Assembly: GCA_900299145.1 (NCBI GenBank)
Contig: OMIN01000152.1
Location: 14,886 to 78,885 of the forward strand
Length of the DNA stretch: 64,000 nucleotides
From: Betaproteobacteria bacterium
GTDB lineage: Bacteria > Pseudomonadota > Gammaproteobacteria > Burkholderiales > SG8-41
Direction of reading: 5' to 3'
Shown here piece by piece: positions 61,930-64,000 of this stretch; position 1 is the first letter of the stretch, and each line of letters starts with the position of its first letter. The notes below the pieces were generated by a model, which made no database searches, was not told where the DNA came from, and was given only the letters and a program-made list of their open reading frames with translations. The position numbers and the translations under genes were made by a program.

Positions 61930-64000
61930 GTGCGCACCGACCTCGAACGTTTCTTCAGCCCCAAATCCATTGCGCTCATCGGCGCTTCACAAGATCTCAT
62001 CACCATCAGCGGCCAGCCGCTGTCGCACATGCTGAATCACGGTTACGGGGGCAAGCTGTATCCGGTGAACCCGCGATATCAGGACATCCTCGGCCAGAAG
62101 TGTTATCCATCACTCGCTGATGTGCCGGAGACGCCGGATCTTGCACTGATTCTGATCAACGCCTCTCGCGTCGCGGACATGCTCGAACAATGCGGCAAGA
62201 AGGGCGTGCCGTATGTGATTATTTTCAGTTCGGGTTTTTCCGAGACCGGCGCCGAAGGCGTGGCGCTGCAGAAAAAGCTCGTTGCCATTGCCGAGCAGTA
62301 CAACATCGGCGTCATTGGCCCCAACTGCCAGGGCATGATGAACGTTGCGGATAAAGTATGGGCGGGTTTCGGCTCCGTGTTTTTCACCAAAGAGTTCCCG
62401 GCGGGCGGCGTATCGATGGTGTCGCAGTCGGGCGGTTTTGGCTTCTCGGTGCTGGCGCTGTGCTCTGAGGGTGGGCTGGGTTTCCGGCAGATGGTCACCA
62501 CCGGCAATGAAATCGGCACCTCCACGCTGGAATTCATCGATTACTTTGTGCGCGACCCCGGCACGGACATCATCGCCTGCTATCTGGAAGGCGCGCGCGA
62601 CGTCAATCGCACGGTGGAAATCGGGCTAAAGGCGATGGATGCGGGCAAGCCCATTTTGATGTGGAAGGTGGGCAACACCGACGAAGGGCAAAAAGCCGCA
62701 GCCTCGCACACCGCCAACCTCGGCGGCGCCATGGCACTTTACAAGGCTGCGTTCAAACAAAGCGGCATTATTCAGGTGGACGACGTGCAGGATGTCGTCG
62801 ACTATGGCCGCATGTTCCGCTGCGGCAAATTGCCCAAAGGCAACCGCATCGCGATGATTACGGTGTCGGGTGGCGCGGGCATATTGATGACCGACGAGTG
62901 TGTGTCGGGCGGAATGCGGCTCGCGCAACTCGCGTCGGAAACGACTGAAAAGCTGCGCGAGTTTGTGCCATCGTACGGCTCGCTCGCCAATCCGGTGGAT
63001 GTCACCGCGTCTATCTTCAACGACCTCGCATTGATACGCCGCACGTTGCAAGCCATCGTCGACGATCCGGGTGTCGATTGCATCGCGCTGCTCAATGCCT
63101 CGTTGCAAGGCGAAATCGCCACCAAAATCGCCGCCGAAATCATTGCCATTGCGAAGACGACCGACAAGCCCATCGCCTGCGCATGGAGCGCGCGCAATGA
63201 CATGGCGAAAGATGCGTATGCCGCACTGGATGCCGCGCACATCCCGCACTATAAGTCGCCGGTGCGCTGCGGGCGTGCGTTTGCCGTCTTGAGCGGTTAC
63301 GCCGAGGCCAAGCGGCGCATCGCGGCACAGCGTAATGAGCAGCCGTTGGTTATAGAAAAAACGCAAATAAAACAAATACTTACCGGAAGGTCAGCTGACG
63401 TTACCGAATATGAAGCCAAGAAGGTATTGGCCGAATACGGCATCCCGGTGACGCAGGAAGCTCTCGCCACCACACGTGAACAAGCCGTGGCGATTGCGAA
63501 GAAAATTGGCTACCCGGTGGCGATCAAGGTTCAGTCGCCCGATATCTCGCACAAGACCGAAGCCAAGGCCGTAAAGCTCGGGTTGAATTCCGACGCCGAA
63601 CTCGCGGCGGCATACGACGAAGTCATCGCCAACGCCAAGGCCTACAACGCCAAGGCGCAACTCGATGGCGTGCTGGTGCAGGAAATGTTGCGCGGCGGCA
63701 CCGAGGCGATACTCGGCATCACCAACGATCCGCTGTTCGGGCCGGCGGTGATGTTTGGTTTGGGTGGCATCTTTGCCGAGATCATGAAGGACGTATCCTT
63801 CCGCCTTGCACCGGTAACGCCGGCCATGGCGCGCGAAATGATTTCGGAAATCAAAGGTTATCCGCTGTTGACGGGCGCCCGCGGCCGCGGGCACGCGGAT
63901 GTCGATGCGCTGGCCGACGCGATCGTGAAGTTATCCGCGCTAGCCGTGGACTTGAAAGATCATGTGGCCGAGCTGGATATCAATCCGTTGTTCGTCATGG
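61930..64000 (+). CDS. ADP-forming acyl-CoA synthetase / acetate--CoA ligase-family protein (CoA-binding + ATP-grasp), 3' end outside window
   Basis: Not in the ORF track because there is no stop inside the window. Manual translation from GTG 61930, just after the in-frame TGA at 61918-61920, gives MRTDLERFFSPKSIALIGAS...GKLYPVNP...GPNCQG...SQSGG...EYEAKKVLAEYGIPV...GYPVAIKVQS. Carries in-frame AT-element copy 18. Confidence 0.8.
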   Translation, partial: MRTDLERFFSPKSIALIGASQDLITISGQPLSHMLNHGYGGKLYPVNPRYQDILGQKCYPSLADVPETPDLALILINASRVADMLEQCGKKGVPYVIIFSSGFSETGAEGVALQKKLVAIAEQYNIGVIGPNCQGMMNVADKVWAGFGSVFFTKEFPAGGVSMVSQSGGFGFSVLALCSEGGLGFRQMVTTGNEIGTSTLEFIDYFVRDPGTDIIACYLEGARDVNRTVEIGLKAMDAGKPILMWKVGNTDEGQKAAASHTANLGGAMALYKAAFKQSGIIQVDDVQDVVDYGRMFRCGKLPKGNRIAMITVSGGAGILMTDECVSGGMRLAQLASETTEKLREFVPSYGSLANPVDVTASIFNDLALIRRTLQAIVDDPGVDCIALLNASLQGEIATKIAAEIIAIAKTTDKPIACAWSARNDMAKDAYAALDAAHIPHYKSPVRCGRAFAVLSGYAEAKRRIAAQRNEQPLVIEKTQIKQILTGRSADVTEYEAKKVLAEYGIPVTQEALATTREQAVAIAKKIGYPVAIKVQSPDISHKTEAKAVKLGLNSDAELAAAYDEVIANAKAYNAKAQLDGVLVQEMLRGGTEAILGITNDPLFGPAVMFGLGGIFAEIMKDVSFRLAPVTPAMAREMISEIKGYPLLTGARGRGHADVDALADAIVKLSALAVDLKDHVAELDINPLFVM
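63355..63382 (-). repeat. AT-rich element, copy 18 (inside the acyl-CoA synthetase CDS, in frame)
   Basis: GAAAAAACGCAAATAAAACAAATACTTA, translated as EKTQIKQIL in the linker before the ATP-grasp domain. Confidence 0.75.

Noticed and set aside
830-63382. The AT-rich element copies as a CRISPR array, promoters or intrinsic terminators.
   Set aside because: Spacing is kilobase-scale and irregular, so this is not a CRISPR array. Orientation is inconsistent with flanking transcription and there is no fixed -35/-10 geometry, so the copies are not simple promoters. There is no stem-loop, so they are not intrinsic terminators.
1-64000. Search for rRNA, tRNA, transposase, integrase, prophage or CRISPR-Cas genes.
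   Set aside because: I saw no cloverleaf-like intergenic sequences, no rRNA-like conserved stretches, and no ORF with DDE, tyrosine-recombinase, serine-recombinase or Cas motifs. The intergenic regions are short and mostly occupied by the repeats described above.

Overview
GC-rich (mid-60s % by hand count of sampled lines) proteobacterial chromosomal segment. It is probably betaproteobacterial (Burkholderiales-like), because it holds 11 Bug/TctC-type periplasmic binding-protein genes. I call about 55 protein genes. The left edge is housekeeping (radical SAM, folB, plsY, pseudouridine synthase). Most of the window is Bug-plus-catabolic-enzyme modules: MmgE/PrpD, CocE/NonD hydrolase, acetamidase, LLM oxidoreductase, Rieske oxygenase, split TPP decarboxylase, TauD, enolase-superfamily and mannonate dehydratase-like enzymes. 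An envelope cluster lies at 31.9-44.5 kb: two-component system, small TM protein, CreD-like protein, a 1949-aa alpha-2-macroglobulin and PbpC. There are four MFS transporters and a 3'-truncated ADP-forming acyl-CoA synthetase that is absent from the ORF track. I saw no rRNA, tRNA, CRISPR, transposase or integrase. Main second-look items: (1) an unrecognised ~30-bp AT-rich dispersed element with at least 18 copies, five of them read in frame inside genes; (2) a probable selenoprotein gene with an in-frame TGA in a U-G-S-C motif followed by a SECIS-like hairpin; (3) two low-GC single-gene islets, a DUF3800-like gene and an orphan atypical Ser/Thr kinase bracketed by inverted copies of the AT-rich element; (4) a gene split by an in-frame TAG; (5) REP/REPIN-type palindromic elements, one sitting between a response regulator gene and its kinase gene. 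All family assignments come from reading the translations. No database search was run.
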